In this document: piece after piece, positions 1 to 8,902 of the stretch
How the letters are laid out: every line of letters starts with the position of its first letter
Numbering within the stretch: the first letter of the stretch is position 1
Origin: an uncultured Candidatus Rokubacteria bacterium
GTDB lineage: Bacteria > Methylomirabilota > Methylomirabilia > Rokubacteriales > CSP1-6
Assembly: GCA_963747235.1 (NCBI GenBank)
Contig: CAVVEU010000040.1
Coordinates: forward strand, 544,001-608,000
Length of the DNA: 64,000 nucleotides
Reading direction: 5' to 3'
Position numbers and translations under genes: made by a program
The notes under the pieces: generated by a model
Told to the model about the DNA's origin: nothing
The model's database searches: none
What the model saw: only the letters and a program-made list of their open reading frames with translations

Positions 1-1724
1 GGATACATGTCCGCGGTGAGGAGGTTGCGGCGGCGCACCGCGACCGGATCGAGGCCGAGCTCGCGGGCCACCCGGTCCACCATCGCCTCCATGACGAGCG
101 CGGCCACCGGGTGGCCGACCGCCCGGTACTGCGACATCGGCGTCTTGTTCTGGAAGACCACGCGGCCACGGGCCTCGTAGTCGCGGAAGCGGTAGGGGCC
201 CGGCGTCGTGCGCAGCACCTGGCCGCTCTCCACCACGCTCGAGCGCGGATACATCGAGAAGGGGCCCACCGGCGCCAGGTCGTCGAGGCGCATGGCGAGG
301 ATGGTCCCGTCGCGCTTCACCGCGACCTCGGCGATCACGCGGTGGTCGCGCGAATGGATGTCGGTCTGGAACGACTCCACACGGTCCGCGAGGAACTTGA
401 CCGCCCGGCCGAGCATCACCGCGAGCGCGCACGTCGCGATCTCGTCGGGATACGTATGGATCTTGAGGCCGAAGGAGCCGCCGACGTCCTTGTTGATCAC
501 CCGCACGCGGTGCTCGGGAATCCGCAGATGACGGGAGAGGATGTCGTGGAACATGTACGGCGCCTGGCCCGAGTGGTACACGGTCAGGGTCTCGTCGGCC
601 GCGTCGTAGTCCGCCAGCACCACCCGCGGCTCCAGGCTGACCACCGTGTGCCGGCCGGTGTCGAAGGTCTCCCGGTACACCGCGTCCGCGGTCTTGAAGG
701 CGGCGTCCACGTCACCGGACTTGATGCGGGTCTCCAGCACCAGGTTGTCGCCCAGCTCCGGATGGATGACCGTCGCCCCGGGCGCGAGCGCGGCCTCCGC
801 GTCCACCACCGGCGGCAGCGGCTCCCACGTCACGCGCACGCGCGCGCAGCCGTCCTCCGCGAGCGCGCGCGACTCCGCCACCACCGCGACCACCGGCTCG
901 CCCTGCCACACCGCCTTGTCCATCGCGAGCGGATACTGCGGCGCCGACTTCATGCCCACGTAGTTCTTGAGCACGCCGATCCAGGGCTCGCAGTGGGCGG
1001 CCATCTCGCGGCCCGTCACCACCGCCACCACTCCGGGCAGCGCGGCGGCCTCCGCGGTCTCGATCCGGACGATGCGCGCGTGCGCGTGAGGCGAGCGCAC
1101 GAACGCCGCGTGCAGGAGGCGGGTCACCGCCACGTCGTCGGTGTAGGTGCCGCGCCCCGCGACGAGCCGGGCGGTCTGCGGCCGGACCACCGAGCGCCCG
1201 ATATAGTCGCCGTTCTCCCGAGCCGCGTCCGGCGGACCCGCCGGCGCCGCGGCCGGCGCCTTTGCCGATCGGCTCCGCGCCGCGCCCAGGACCGCCTGCA
1301 CGATCGCGTGGTAGCCGGTGCAACGGCAGTAGTTGCCGCCGATCGCCTCGCGAATCGCGGCCGGATCGGGATCGGGATTGCGCTCGAGCAGCGCCTGCGC
1401 GGTCAGCAGCATGCCCGGCGTGCAGAAGCCGCACTGCAGCGCGTTCTCCGCCCGGAACGCCCGCTGGAGCGCGGCGATCGCGCCGCTGTCGGACACGCCC
1501 TCGATCGTCTCCACCCGGCAGCCGTCGGCCTGGGCCGCGAGCATCAGGCAGCCGCGGATCGGCGTGCCGTCCACCCGCACCGTGCACGCGCCGCACACCC
1601 CGTGCTCGCAGCCGATGTGCGAGCCGGTGAACCCCAGGTCGTAGCGGAGGAAGTCCACCAGGTTCTGGCGGCCTTCGACCTCTCGAGTGATCGGCTTCCC
1701 GTTGACGGTCAGCGTGATCTTCAT
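1..1724 (-). CDS. Molybdenum hydroxylase (xanthine dehydrogenase/CoxL-like family), fused 2Fe-2S subunit + molybdopterin-binding subunit; runs off window start
   Basis: Manual translation from ATG 1724: MKITLTVNG..GCEHGVCGACTV..QCGFCTPG..GNYCRCTGY, in-frame Pro/Ala linker, then DYIGRSV..GRGTYTDD..DVGGSFGLK..QYRAVGHP. Absent from the ORF track because no stop lies within the window. Confidence 0.9.
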   Translation of the reverse strand, partial: MKITLTVNGKPITREVEGRQNLVDFLRYDLGFTGSHIGCEHGVCGACTVRVDGTPIRGCLMLAAQADGCRVETIEGVSDSGAIAALQRAFRAENALQCGFCTPGMLLTAQALLERNPDPDPAAIREAIGGNYCRCTGYHAIVQAVLGAARSRSAKAPAAAPAGPPDAARENGDYIGRSVVRPQTARLVAGRGTYTDDVAVTRLLHAAFVRSPHAHARIVRIETAEAAALPGVVAVVTGREMAAHCEPWIGVLKNYVGMKSAPQYPLAMDKAVWQGEPVVAVVAESRALAEDGCARVRVTWEPLPPVVDAEAALAPGATVIHPELGDNLVLETRIKSGDVDAAFKTADAVYRETFDTGRHTVVSLEPRVVLADYDAADETLTVYHSGQAPYMFHDILSRHLRIPEHRVRVINKDVGGSFGLKIHTYPDEIATCALAVMLGRAVKFLADRVESFQTDIHSRDHRVIAEVAVKRDGTILAMRLDDLAPVGPFSMYPRSSVVESGQVLRTTPGPYRFRDYEARGRVVFQNKTPMSQYRAVGHPVAALVMEAMVDRVARELGLDPVAVRRRNLLTADMY

Positions 1725-2644
1725 GACCGCGCCTCCGCGAGCCGGCCCACCACGCGCGAGAGCAGGACGCGGGCCAGGTGGCGGCGCAGGGCCGGCGAGC
1801 CGTGCACGTCGCCGGGCGGGTCGAGATCGCCGTCCAGCGCCCGGCCGGCCGCGGCGAGCGCCTCCGCGTCCGCGCGCCGGCCCGCCAGGGCGGCCTCGGC
1901 GCGCCGCGCGCGCACCGGCCGCGTGCCCACGCCGAAGAACACGAGGCGCGCTTCAACCGTGACCCCTCTTCCGTATCCGCTCGGCTCGCCTTCGGCTGCA
2001 CCTCGCCCTGCCACTGCCCCATCTCCCGCCGCGAGCCTGATCCCGGCGGCCAGGCCGGCGAGGGCGAAGTCGCCGTGGCGGCGCGCCAGCTCGTCGAAGC
2101 CCCAGCGCCACCCCGCGGCCGCGCGCGGCACCAGGATCTCGGTGACGATCTCCCCCGGCGCGAGCGCGGTCGTGTAGATCCCGCGGAAGAAGTCGTCGGC
2201 CGCGATTTCCCGGGTTCCGCCGCGGCGCCCGACTCGGATCGTCGCGCCCAGCGCGACCACGCAGGCGGGCAGCTCGGCGGCGGGGTCGGCCAGCGCGAGG
2301 CTGCCGCCGATGGTGCCGCGCGCCCGGATCGCGGAGTGGCCGACGTGCGGCATCGCCGCCGCGATGAGCGGCGCGTGCTCGCGCACCAGCGGCGAGCGCT
2401 CGAGCGCCTCCTGGCGCGCGAGCGCGCCGATCACGAGCCCGTCGGCGGTCACGCGGATGCCGTCGAGGTCCGGGATGCGGTTGATGTCGATGACCGCGCG
2501 CGGCGTGGCCAGGCGCAGGTTGAGCGCGGGCACCAGGCTCTGGCCGCCGGCCAGGAGGCGCCCGTCGTCGCCGTAGCGATCGAGGAGATCGAACGTCTCG
2601 GCGAGCGACGCCGGCCGGTGATACTCGAACGGGGCGGGCTTCAT
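1721..2644 (-). CDS. Molybdenum hydroxylase FAD-binding subunit (CoxM/CutM-like)
   Basis: MKPAPFEYHRP..LLAGGQSL..IRARGTIGGSLALADPAAELP..RRHGDFAL; ATGA overlaps with both neighbours; contains an approximately 20-25 aa atypical insertion. Confidence 0.92.
   Translation of the reverse strand: MKPAPFEYHRPASLAETFDLLDRYGDDGRLLAGGQSLVPALNLRLATPRAVIDINRIPDLDGIRVTADGLVIGALARQEALERSPLVREHAPLIAAAMPHVGHSAIRARGTIGGSLALADPAAELPACVVALGATIRVGRRGGTREIAADDFFRGIYTTALAPGEIVTEILVPRAAAGWRWGFDELARRHGDFALAGLAAGIRLAAGDGAVAGRGAAEGEPSGYGRGVTVEARLVFFGVGTRPVRARRAEAALAGRRADAEALAAAGRALDGDLDPPGDVHGSPALRRHLARVLLSRVVGRLAEARS
1969..2007 (-). repeat. 39-bp dispersed repeat, copy 1 (inside coding sequence)
   Basis: Minus strand GGCGAGGTGCAGCCGAAGGCGAGCCGAGCGGATACGGAA matches 8840-8877 (+) with 2 mismatches and 1 gap. 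Confidence 0.8.
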
Positions 2645-3630
2645 CCCGGGAACGAGCGGAAGGTGCGCAGGAGCGACGCGCGCGCGCCGGGGCCGGGCGG
2701 CGCGAACGGCAGCACCACCGGCGTCGCCCCGGTGCGCGCGAAGGCCGCCATCTGCGCGCGGCAGGCCTCGGCGGAGCCCACCGCGCCGAGGCCCTCGAGC
2801 ACGCGGGGCGAGATCTCCTTCACCGCGCCCGCGCGATCGCCCGCCTTCCAGGCGCGGTTGACGGCTTCCACCTCCTCCGCGAAGCCGCACTCCTCGAAGA
2901 AGCGCGCGTAGACGCTCACGATGGCGTAGCCGGTGATGTCGCGGGCCAGCGTCTCGCGCACCGGCTCGGGCTCGTCGGTCACGCAGGTGCGCACGTACAC
3001 CGCGACGTCCACGTCCGAGAGGCTCCGCCCGGCGCGCTTGGCCCCGGCCTCCACGTGGCGCACCGACGCGGGCACCGCCGCGGGCGGGATCCAGTTGAGC
3101 AGGACGCCGTCCGCCACCTCGCCCGCCAGCTCGCACATCCGGGGACCGAGCGCGGCGAGATAGATCCGCGGCGCCGGCGTCGGGGCGGGAATCGCGAGCC
3201 GAAAGTTCTTGAGCCGGTAGAACTTGCCCTCGAAGTTGACCCGCTCGCCCGCCGCGGTCATCCGGATGATCTGCACCGCCTCCCGCATCTGCTGGATGGA
3301 CGGCGCGAACGGCAGCCCGTGCCACTGCCCCACGATGATCTCGCTGGAGAGCCCGAGGCCGAGCGCGAACCGGCCCGGGGCCAGGTGCCCGAGCGTCGCG
3401 GCGGCCTGGCCGTACACGATCGGCGTGCGCGTCTGCACCGGGATCACCCCGTTGGCGATCTTGAGCGTCTGGGTGTGCGTCGCGATCAGGGTGGACAGCA
3501 CGATGGCTTCCGCGCCCGAGGCCTCGCCCACCCAGGCGGTGCGGTAGCCCCGCTGCTCCGCCTCGCGCGCGATCGCGGGGAACTCGGTCAGCGGCATGGC
3601 GAGCGAGGTCAGGGCGATGTCGATGGGCAT
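2641..3630 (-). CDS. LLM-class flavin-dependent oxidoreductase
   Basis: MPIDIALT..AWVGEASG..GRFALGLGLS..IYLAALGPRMCELAGEVADGVLL luciferase-like motifs. Confidence 0.9.
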   Translation of the reverse strand: MPIDIALTSLAMPLTEFPAIAREAEQRGYRTAWVGEASGAEAIVLSTLIATHTQTLKIANGVIPVQTRTPIVYGQAAATLGHLAPGRFALGLGLSSEIIVGQWHGLPFAPSIQQMREAVQIIRMTAAGERVNFEGKFYRLKNFRLAIPAPTPAPRIYLAALGPRMCELAGEVADGVLLNWIPPAAVPASVRHVEAGAKRAGRSLSDVDVAVYVRTCVTDEPEPVRETLARDITGYAIVSVYARFFEECGFAEEVEAVNRAWKAGDRAGAVKEISPRVLEGLGAVGSAEACRAQMAAFARTGATPVVLPFAPPGPGARASLLRTFRSFPG

Positions 3631-4253
3631 CAGATGCGCTCGCTCACGATGTACTTCTTGTTGTAGGTGTACGGCCTGACTTCCGGCTTCCAGCGGCCGA
3701 TGTCGGAGGTGTCGTTCCAGAGCGGTGACATCGGCAGGTCCGGCCGGTCCACCTCGTAGGCGGCCAGATAGCGCGGCTCGCCCGGCGTCTCGGTGCGGTA
3801 GCGCACCACGTTCACGCAGCCGGGCAGCTTGAGCAGCAGCGGGACGTGCTCGACGTCGTAGAGCTCGTTGAACAGCGCCTCGCGGTGGGGCTCGATGTCC
3901 ATCATGACCCAGAAGATGTAGGGCGTCCGGTACGTCAGCGCCGGGCTCGACCCCACCCATTCATAGGTCGCGAGGTGCCGGTTCATGGTGCGCGGGCGGA
4001 TCTCCCCGGGCCACCGGCCCGCCTCCCCCGCCGTCTTCCACGGCGGGCTCTGGAGCACGGCCGCGCTGGTGAGCTCGTAGGCCGCGAGGTAGCGCGGCTC
4101 GGTCGGCGAGGGGTGGCGATAGCGCGAGCCCCGGACGACTCCGGGCACCGCCTGGAGCAGCGGCAGGTGCTCCTTGTCGTACACGTCGTTGAACGTGGGC
4201 TCGAGATCGTGGGCGACGTCCATCCGGACCAGGTAGAGGGCATGTGGGCTCAT
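3630..4253 (-). CDS. Tandem dimeric alpha/beta-barrel (EthD/DUF4286-like) protein
   Basis: Two internal repeats: FNDVYDKEHLPLLQAVPGV..PRYLAAYE and FNELYDVEHVPLLLKLPGC..PRYLAAYE. Confidence 0.75.
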   Translation of the reverse strand: MSPHALYLVRMDVAHDLEPTFNDVYDKEHLPLLQAVPGVVRGSRYRHPSPTEPRYLAAYELTSAAVLQSPPWKTAGEAGRWPGEIRPRTMNRHLATYEWVGSSPALTYRTPYIFWVMMDIEPHREALFNELYDVEHVPLLLKLPGCVNVVRYRTETPGEPRYLAAYEVDRPDLPMSPLWNDTSDIGRWKPEVRPYTYNKKYIVSERI

Positions 4254-4286
4254 CGTGAGGCCTCCCGGCGCAGCACTATCTCACAG

Positions 4287-5347
4287 TCAGCGGGCGCTGC
4301 GGAACGGCCGAAAGAATGCGCGGAGCTCCTCGGCCAGCACGTCCGGCGCCTCGCCCGCGACGAAGTGGCCGCCGCGGGGCAGATCCACCCAGCGGCGGAT
4401 GTCGGCGAAGCTGCGCTCCGCGAGCTCTCGCGGCGGGCGCTGGATGGCCTCGCTGGTGAGGGCGACGCCGGTGGGCACCGTGATGCGCGCGGTGATGCGC
4501 CGGGTCTCGCGGGCCCGCTCGTAGTACGACCGGTTCGCCGCGTTGGCGGTCCCGGTGACCCAGTAGAGCGTGACATTGGCCAGGAGCAGATCCCGGCTCA
4601 GGCGACGGGACGCCTCCGCCGGCTCGCCCGTCCACGCGAGCCACTTCTCCACGATCCAGGCCGCGAGCCCGGCCGGCGAATCGTGGAGCCCGTAGCCCAG
4701 CGTCTGGGGCCGGGTCTCCTGGATCCGGTTGTAGCCGCCCTCCTCTCGCTCCCAGCGCTCCTGCAGCCGGGCGAAGGCCTCCTCGGCCGGGGTGAGCGGC
4801 CGCGCGTCGGCGCCGATCACCGCGGGCGGGAAGTTCGGCATCAGCGTGTGCAGCGCGATCAGGCGCTCCGGATGGTCCGCGGCGAGCCAGGCGCTGATCA
4901 CCGCGCCGATGTCGTTGGCATGCGCGGCGTAGCGCGGATAGCCGAGCCCCTCCATGAGGCTCGCCCAGAGCCCGGCCACGCGGCTCCGCGTCATCCCGCG
5001 GCCGGGCCGGTCGGAGAAGCCGAAGCCGGGCACCGACGGCACGATCACGTCGAAGGCGTCGGCGGGGTCTCCGCCGTGCGCCGCCGGGTCGGCGAGGAGC
5101 GGGATCAGCGCGAGCATCTCGACGAAGGAGCTGGGCCAGCCGTGGGTGATGAGCAGCGGCAGCGGCGCGGGCCCCGCCCGCGCTGGTGGATCAGGTGGAT
5201 GCCGACGCCGTCCACCTGGGCCCGGAAGTGCGGCACCGCGTTCATCGCCCGCTCCGCCGCGCGCCAGTCGAACGAGCCGCGCCAGTACTCGACCAGCTCG
5301 CGCATGTAGGCGAGGCTCGCGCCGACCACGAACGGCGTGAGCTCCAT
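4287..5347 (-). CDS. Epoxide hydrolase (alpha/beta hydrolase), frameshift near 5175, shortened N-terminus
   Basis: YMRELVEYWRGSFDWRAAE (5105-5347 frame) continues in another frame as LLITHGWPSSF..VPSVPGFGFS..HANDIGA..PRGGHF. Confidence 0.85.
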
Positions 5348-5507
5348 TCACGGCCTCCGGGCCTAGCTTGCCACGGCCTCCGCCTCCCGGCCCAGAAGCC
5401 GGTCCGGGCCGCCTCCGTAGCCTCCCCGTACCTCCCGGGAGCTCTCCGTAGTTCGAGGGGATCACGGACCTCCGGGAGTAACATGGCTATCGCCAAGGGG
5501 GCATCTC

Positions 5508-6005
5508 ATGAGCGAGTTCATGGATAGCCAGACTCAGATCTTCCACGAAGAGGCGTTCCTCCATCTTCTGAACCGGGAGGCCATCCGGGCCACCCGGTAC
5601 CAGGACTTCTTCACGGTCTGTCTCTTGCGGCCAGACGGGCCCGCCGACCGGCGGCGCGTCTCGGAGGAAGTCGAGCGGGCCGTCTCCCAGAAGGTTCCTG
5701 AGTTCGTCCGGGGGACCGACATGGTGGGACAGCTCTCGTCGGCCATCGCGGTCATCCTGCTGCACACCGCCGGCGAGGATGCCCTGCGAGTCGCCGAGCG
5801 GATCCGCACCAACATCGAGCAGGTGGCCTTCCGGGAGGGCTCCGACGGGCCGCCCCAGCGCCTCACCGTGAGCGTGGGGAAGGTCTCGTTCCCGCAGGAC
5901 GGTCACACCGATGCCGCGCTCCTGTCCCAGGCGCTGGCGTTCCTCGACCAGGCCGCGCACCGCGGCGGCAATCAGGTGACCGACAGCGGCGAGGTCCTGG
6001 ACTAG
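5508..6005 (+). CDS. Stand-alone degenerate GGDEF-domain protein
   Basis: DSQTQIFHEEAFLHLLNRE..RGTDMVGQLSSAIAVILL..AERIR..LTVSVGKVSFP..GGNQV follows the GGDEF fold but lacks GG[DE]EF. Confidence 0.75.
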   Translation: MSEFMDSQTQIFHEEAFLHLLNREAIRATRYQDFFTVCLLRPDGPADRRRVSEEVERAVSQKVPEFVRGTDMVGQLSSAIAVILLHTAGEDALRVAERIRTNIEQVAFREGSDGPPQRLTVSVGKVSFPQDGHTDAALLSQALAFLDQAAHRGGNQVTDSGEVLD

Positions 6006-6136
6006 ATCCGCCCGCCCGCCGCGCCGAAGGTCGGCGCGGCTCGTACCCGCCGGTGATGAGCGCCTGCCCCTTGCCCCGGGCCCGCTTCGCCCGTATCTTC
6101 ATCAGACCGCACACCCCCACTCACAGGAGACGACCG

Positions 6137-6715
6137 ATGCCGCCAGTTGACCCGAACGAAGTGATGATGACCGGCGAGAACTCCTTCATCCGGCTGAGCC
6201 CCGACGGCGGCAAGACGCTGTCCGATCGCGCGAGCCACTGGCGGGTGCTGTGGTGCCCGGCGGGCGGCGGCCACGCGCTGTTCCTCCAGAGCACGCTCAC
6301 CGACGGACGGGTCCGCATCTACAGCGACAACATCGCGGTGGCACGCTGGCTGCAGAAGTCCATCGAGACCCTGCTCTTCCCCGCCTTCGCGGACACGTCC
6401 ATCCCGGTGATCGGGGCGCGCTTCGAGCGGCAGGGCGGCCCCTGGTCGAGCGCGACCGAGACGGTGCTGGCGGTGGACGCGCGGGTGACCATGACCTGGT
6501 ACGACTGCATCGAGCCCTTCGTGCTCAACGCGCCTCCCGGCTTCAACGACCGGCCGATCGGCGTCTTCAGCACGTTCTTCCCGGCGCGCGCGGCCCAGCT
6601 CGAGATCAACGGCAAGGTGGCGCCGAACAGTGTGTGGCCGGAGATGCGCGGCGATCGCCAGGGCAGCAGCGCCACCCTGGCCTGGTCCGAGACCTGGGTG
6701 AAGCCGCGCGGCTAG
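6137..6715 (+). CDS. Hypothetical protein
   Basis: AGGAG RBS, ATG 6137, strong GC3 codon bias, protein-like composition; directly upstream of an SDR. Confidence 0.75.
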   Translation: MPPVDPNEVMMTGENSFIRLSPDGGKTLSDRASHWRVLWCPAGGGHALFLQSTLTDGRVRIYSDNIAVARWLQKSIETLLFPAFADTSIPVIGARFERQGGPWSSATETVLAVDARVTMTWYDCIEPFVLNAPPGFNDRPIGVFSTFFPARAAQLEINGKVAPNSVWPEMRGDRQGSSATLAWSETWVKPRG

Positions 6716-6727
6716 CGGGAGGCACGG

Positions 6728-7600
6728 GTGAGCGGGCGGCTCGACGGCAAGGTCGCGATCATCACCGGGGGCGGCAGCGGCATCGGCCGCGCCACCGCGC
6801 TCACGTTCCTTCGCGAGAGCGCCCGGGTGGTGATCGGCGACCTGAACGAGGCGGGGCTGGCCGAGACCGTCGCGCTCGCCCGCGCGCAGGGGCACGCGGA
6901 TCGGCTGGCCACGCTGCGCGGCGACGTCTCGACCGAGGCCCACGTGGCGGGCCTCGTCGTCCTCGCGGTCGAGCGCTTCCACGGGCTCGACTGCGTCTTC
7001 AACAACGCGGGGGTCGGGGGCGCGTTCGGGCCCGTCGGCGAGACCACCGCGGAGGAGTGGGACTTCACGTTCGCGGTGCTGGCGCGCGGCGTGTTCCTCG
7101 GCATCAAGCACGCGTCGATTCGCATGAAGGCGCAGGGTCGCGGCGGCAGCATCATCAGCACCGCGTCGATCGCGGGCGTCGGGGGCGGCGCCGGTCCGCA
7201 CGCCTACTCCGCGGCCAAGGCCGCGGTGGTCAATCTCACCCGCTCGGTCTCCACCGAGCTGGCCGCCCACCGCATCCGGGTCAACGCGATCGCCCCCGGC
7301 ATGATCCGGACCCCGCTCGCCACCGGCCACCGGGAAGAAGCCTGGGATCGCCTGGTGCGGGAGAAGCAGCCGTGGCCGGAGCCGGGCCTGCCGCAGCACA
7401 TCGCGGACACCGCGCTCTTCCTGGCCGGCGAGGAGTCCCGCTTCATCACCGGGCAGGTGATCGTGGTGGACGGCGGGCTGACCGCGCAGGGCCCCGATCT
7501 CTTCGGTCACGACGCGGGCAGCCGCCTGCTGCGGAAGGCCGGACTCAATACGGGCAGCACCGGTCTGCCCGGGACAGTCCGCGAGGTCCCCCGCCCCTAG
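6728..7600 (+). CDS. Short-chain dehydrogenase/reductase
   Basis: TGGGSGIG, NNAG, YSAAK, IRVNAIAPG, VDGG. Confidence 0.95.
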   Translation: MSGRLDGKVAIITGGGSGIGRATALTFLRESARVVIGDLNEAGLAETVALARAQGHADRLATLRGDVSTEAHVAGLVVLAVERFHGLDCVFNNAGVGGAFGPVGETTAEEWDFTFAVLARGVFLGIKHASIRMKAQGRGGSIISTASIAGVGGGAGPHAYSAAKAAVVNLTRSVSTELAAHRIRVNAIAPGMIRTPLATGHREEAWDRLVREKQPWPEPGLPQHIADTALFLAGEESRFITGQVIVVDGGLTAQGPDLFGHDAGSRLLRKAGLNTGSTGLPGTVREVPRP

Positions 7601-7704
7601 CCTCTCACTCGCGCCCAGGCGGAGTGCCGTCTCCGTTTCGGGCGTGTTGCCCGGTGGCGCCAACCGACCGCAACCACGACGACCACTTATGGACCGCCCC
7701 GCCC

Positions 7705-7720
7705 TGGCGCGCCGCTTGCT
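7705..7720 (+). promoter_or_regulatory. Sigma54-type -24/-12 promoter of FecR-domain gene
   Basis: TGGCGCG-CCGC-TTGCT with exact GG-N10-GC spacing, about 70 bp upstream of ATG 7788. Confidence 0.7.
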
Positions 7721-7738
7721 CCCTGAGCTTCCGTTCGG

Positions 7739-7774
7739 CCCGCTCACACCCGAACCCCCGCTCACACCCGAACC
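7739..7774 (+). repeat. Perfect 18-bp tandem duplication in 5' UTR
   Basis: CCCGCTCACACCCGAACC x2, immediately followed by AAGGAGG RBS. Confidence 0.9.
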
Positions 7775-7787
7775 AAGGAGGCGCACG

Positions 7788-8831
7788 ATGACGTGGCACC
7801 GGCACAGTGTGGTGGCGATGGCGCTGATGGCTCCCCTCCTGATCCCGTCGCTGGCGATGGCCCAGGGCGCGGTGACCGCGACGCTCAGCGTGCTGACCGC
7901 GCCGGTCGAGCGCATCGCGGGCGACACGGGCCCCACCGAGCCCGGAATCACCGGCATGAACCTGGCGGAAGGCGACCGCATCCGCACCGGCGCGGGCGGC
8001 ATCGCGCTCATCACGTTCCTGAACGGCAGCACCGTCACCCTGCTCTCCGACACCGAGGTCACGGTGAAGCAGGCGCCCACCGGCCGCACGAAGGCCGCGG
8101 GGATCCGCATGCTGATCCACGCCGGGCGGGTCTGGGCGCGCGTGGCGCAGGCGGCGGGGAGCCGCTCGACGCTCACGCTGGAGTCCAACGACTACACCGC
8201 GACCGCTCACGACGGGCTGATCGGCGCCGAGCAGATGGCGGGCGCCTTCGTGTGCTGGACGCGGCGGGGCACGCTGTGGCTCACCGACCGGAGCGGCCAG
8301 ACCGACACGGTGCTGTTGGCCGGGCAGCGCGCGCGGGCGCGGTTCGGCCAGCCGGTGACCGCCGAGCCCTTCGCGCCGAGCGCGAGCACGCTCGAGGTCC
8401 GCACCACGGGGCCGGTGGTGCCGCTGCTGCGCATGCCCGACGGAAGCCAGGCCGCGGGATTTCTCGCGCCCGACGTCGAGATCAACCAGGTCTTCGGCTC
8501 GCTGACCGAGGCCAAGGGAGGACAGCGCTGGCTGGTGGAGGTGCCGGGCGGCCACGAGGGCCCCTACACCTTGATCCTGACCGGCATCGGCACGGGGCCG
8601 TTCACCGCGCGGATCACCGCGCGCTACGTCGGCTTCTCCGCCTACCGACAGGACATCCGGGGCGAGGCGCGGCCCGACGAGCGGCTCTTCACCCGCATCA
8701 CGCAGGTCGTGAAGGGACAGGATCCGATGACCGCGCGAGCGGTGGAGGCGAGCGTGGATGGCCTGCGCGTCTGGGACGCCGCCGAGCCCGCGGCGATCAC
8801 GGCTTCACCGGTCGCCGGTCTGGCGAGGTGA
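7788..8831 (+). CDS. Secreted FecR-domain protein
   Basis: Signal peptide (..LAMAQG), GMNLAEGDRIRTGAGGIALITFLNGSTVTL typical of FecR-like beta domain; uncharacterised C-terminal half. Confidence 0.75.
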   Translation: MTWHRHSVVAMALMAPLLIPSLAMAQGAVTATLSVLTAPVERIAGDTGPTEPGITGMNLAEGDRIRTGAGGIALITFLNGSTVTLLSDTEVTVKQAPTGRTKAAGIRMLIHAGRVWARVAQAAGSRSTLTLESNDYTATAHDGLIGAEQMAGAFVCWTRRGTLWLTDRSGQTDTVLLAGQRARARFGQPVTAEPFAPSASTLEVRTTGPVVPLLRMPDGSQAAGFLAPDVEINQVFGSLTEAKGGQRWLVEVPGGHEGPYTLILTGIGTGPFTARITARYVGFSAYRQDIRGEARPDERLFTRITQVVKGQDPMTARAVEASVDGLRVWDAAEPAAITASPVAGLAR

Positions 8832-8839
8832 GCCGGCTT

Positions 8840-8877
8840 GGCGAGGTGAGCTGAAGGCGAGCCGAGCGGATCCGGAA
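8840..8877 (+). repeat. Dispersed repeat, copy 2 (between convergent genes)
   Basis: GGCGAGGTGAGCTGAAGGCGAGCCGAGCGGATCCGGAA; its left end (TGGCGAGGTGAGC) is also duplicated 18 bp upstream across the FecR stop codon. Confidence 0.8.
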
Positions 8878-8902
8878 ATCCGGACGCTAGCGCGATCGGG
8901 AG

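Noticed and set aside
1-1724. Annotation as carbon monoxide dehydrogenase
   Set aside because: Active-site loop QYRAVGH matches neither form I nor form II signature; no cox accessory genes seen.
111-2177. 688-aa plus-strand ORF and similar very long antisense or alternate-frame ORFs (e.g. 6002-8188, 56835-59555 portion, 32917-34728)
   Set aside because: Shadow ORFs of high-GC genes on the opposite strand; Arg/Ala/Gly-rich with no motifs.
7739-7774. Possible mini-CRISPR
   Set aside because: Two adjacent 18-bp units, no spacer, no cas genes.
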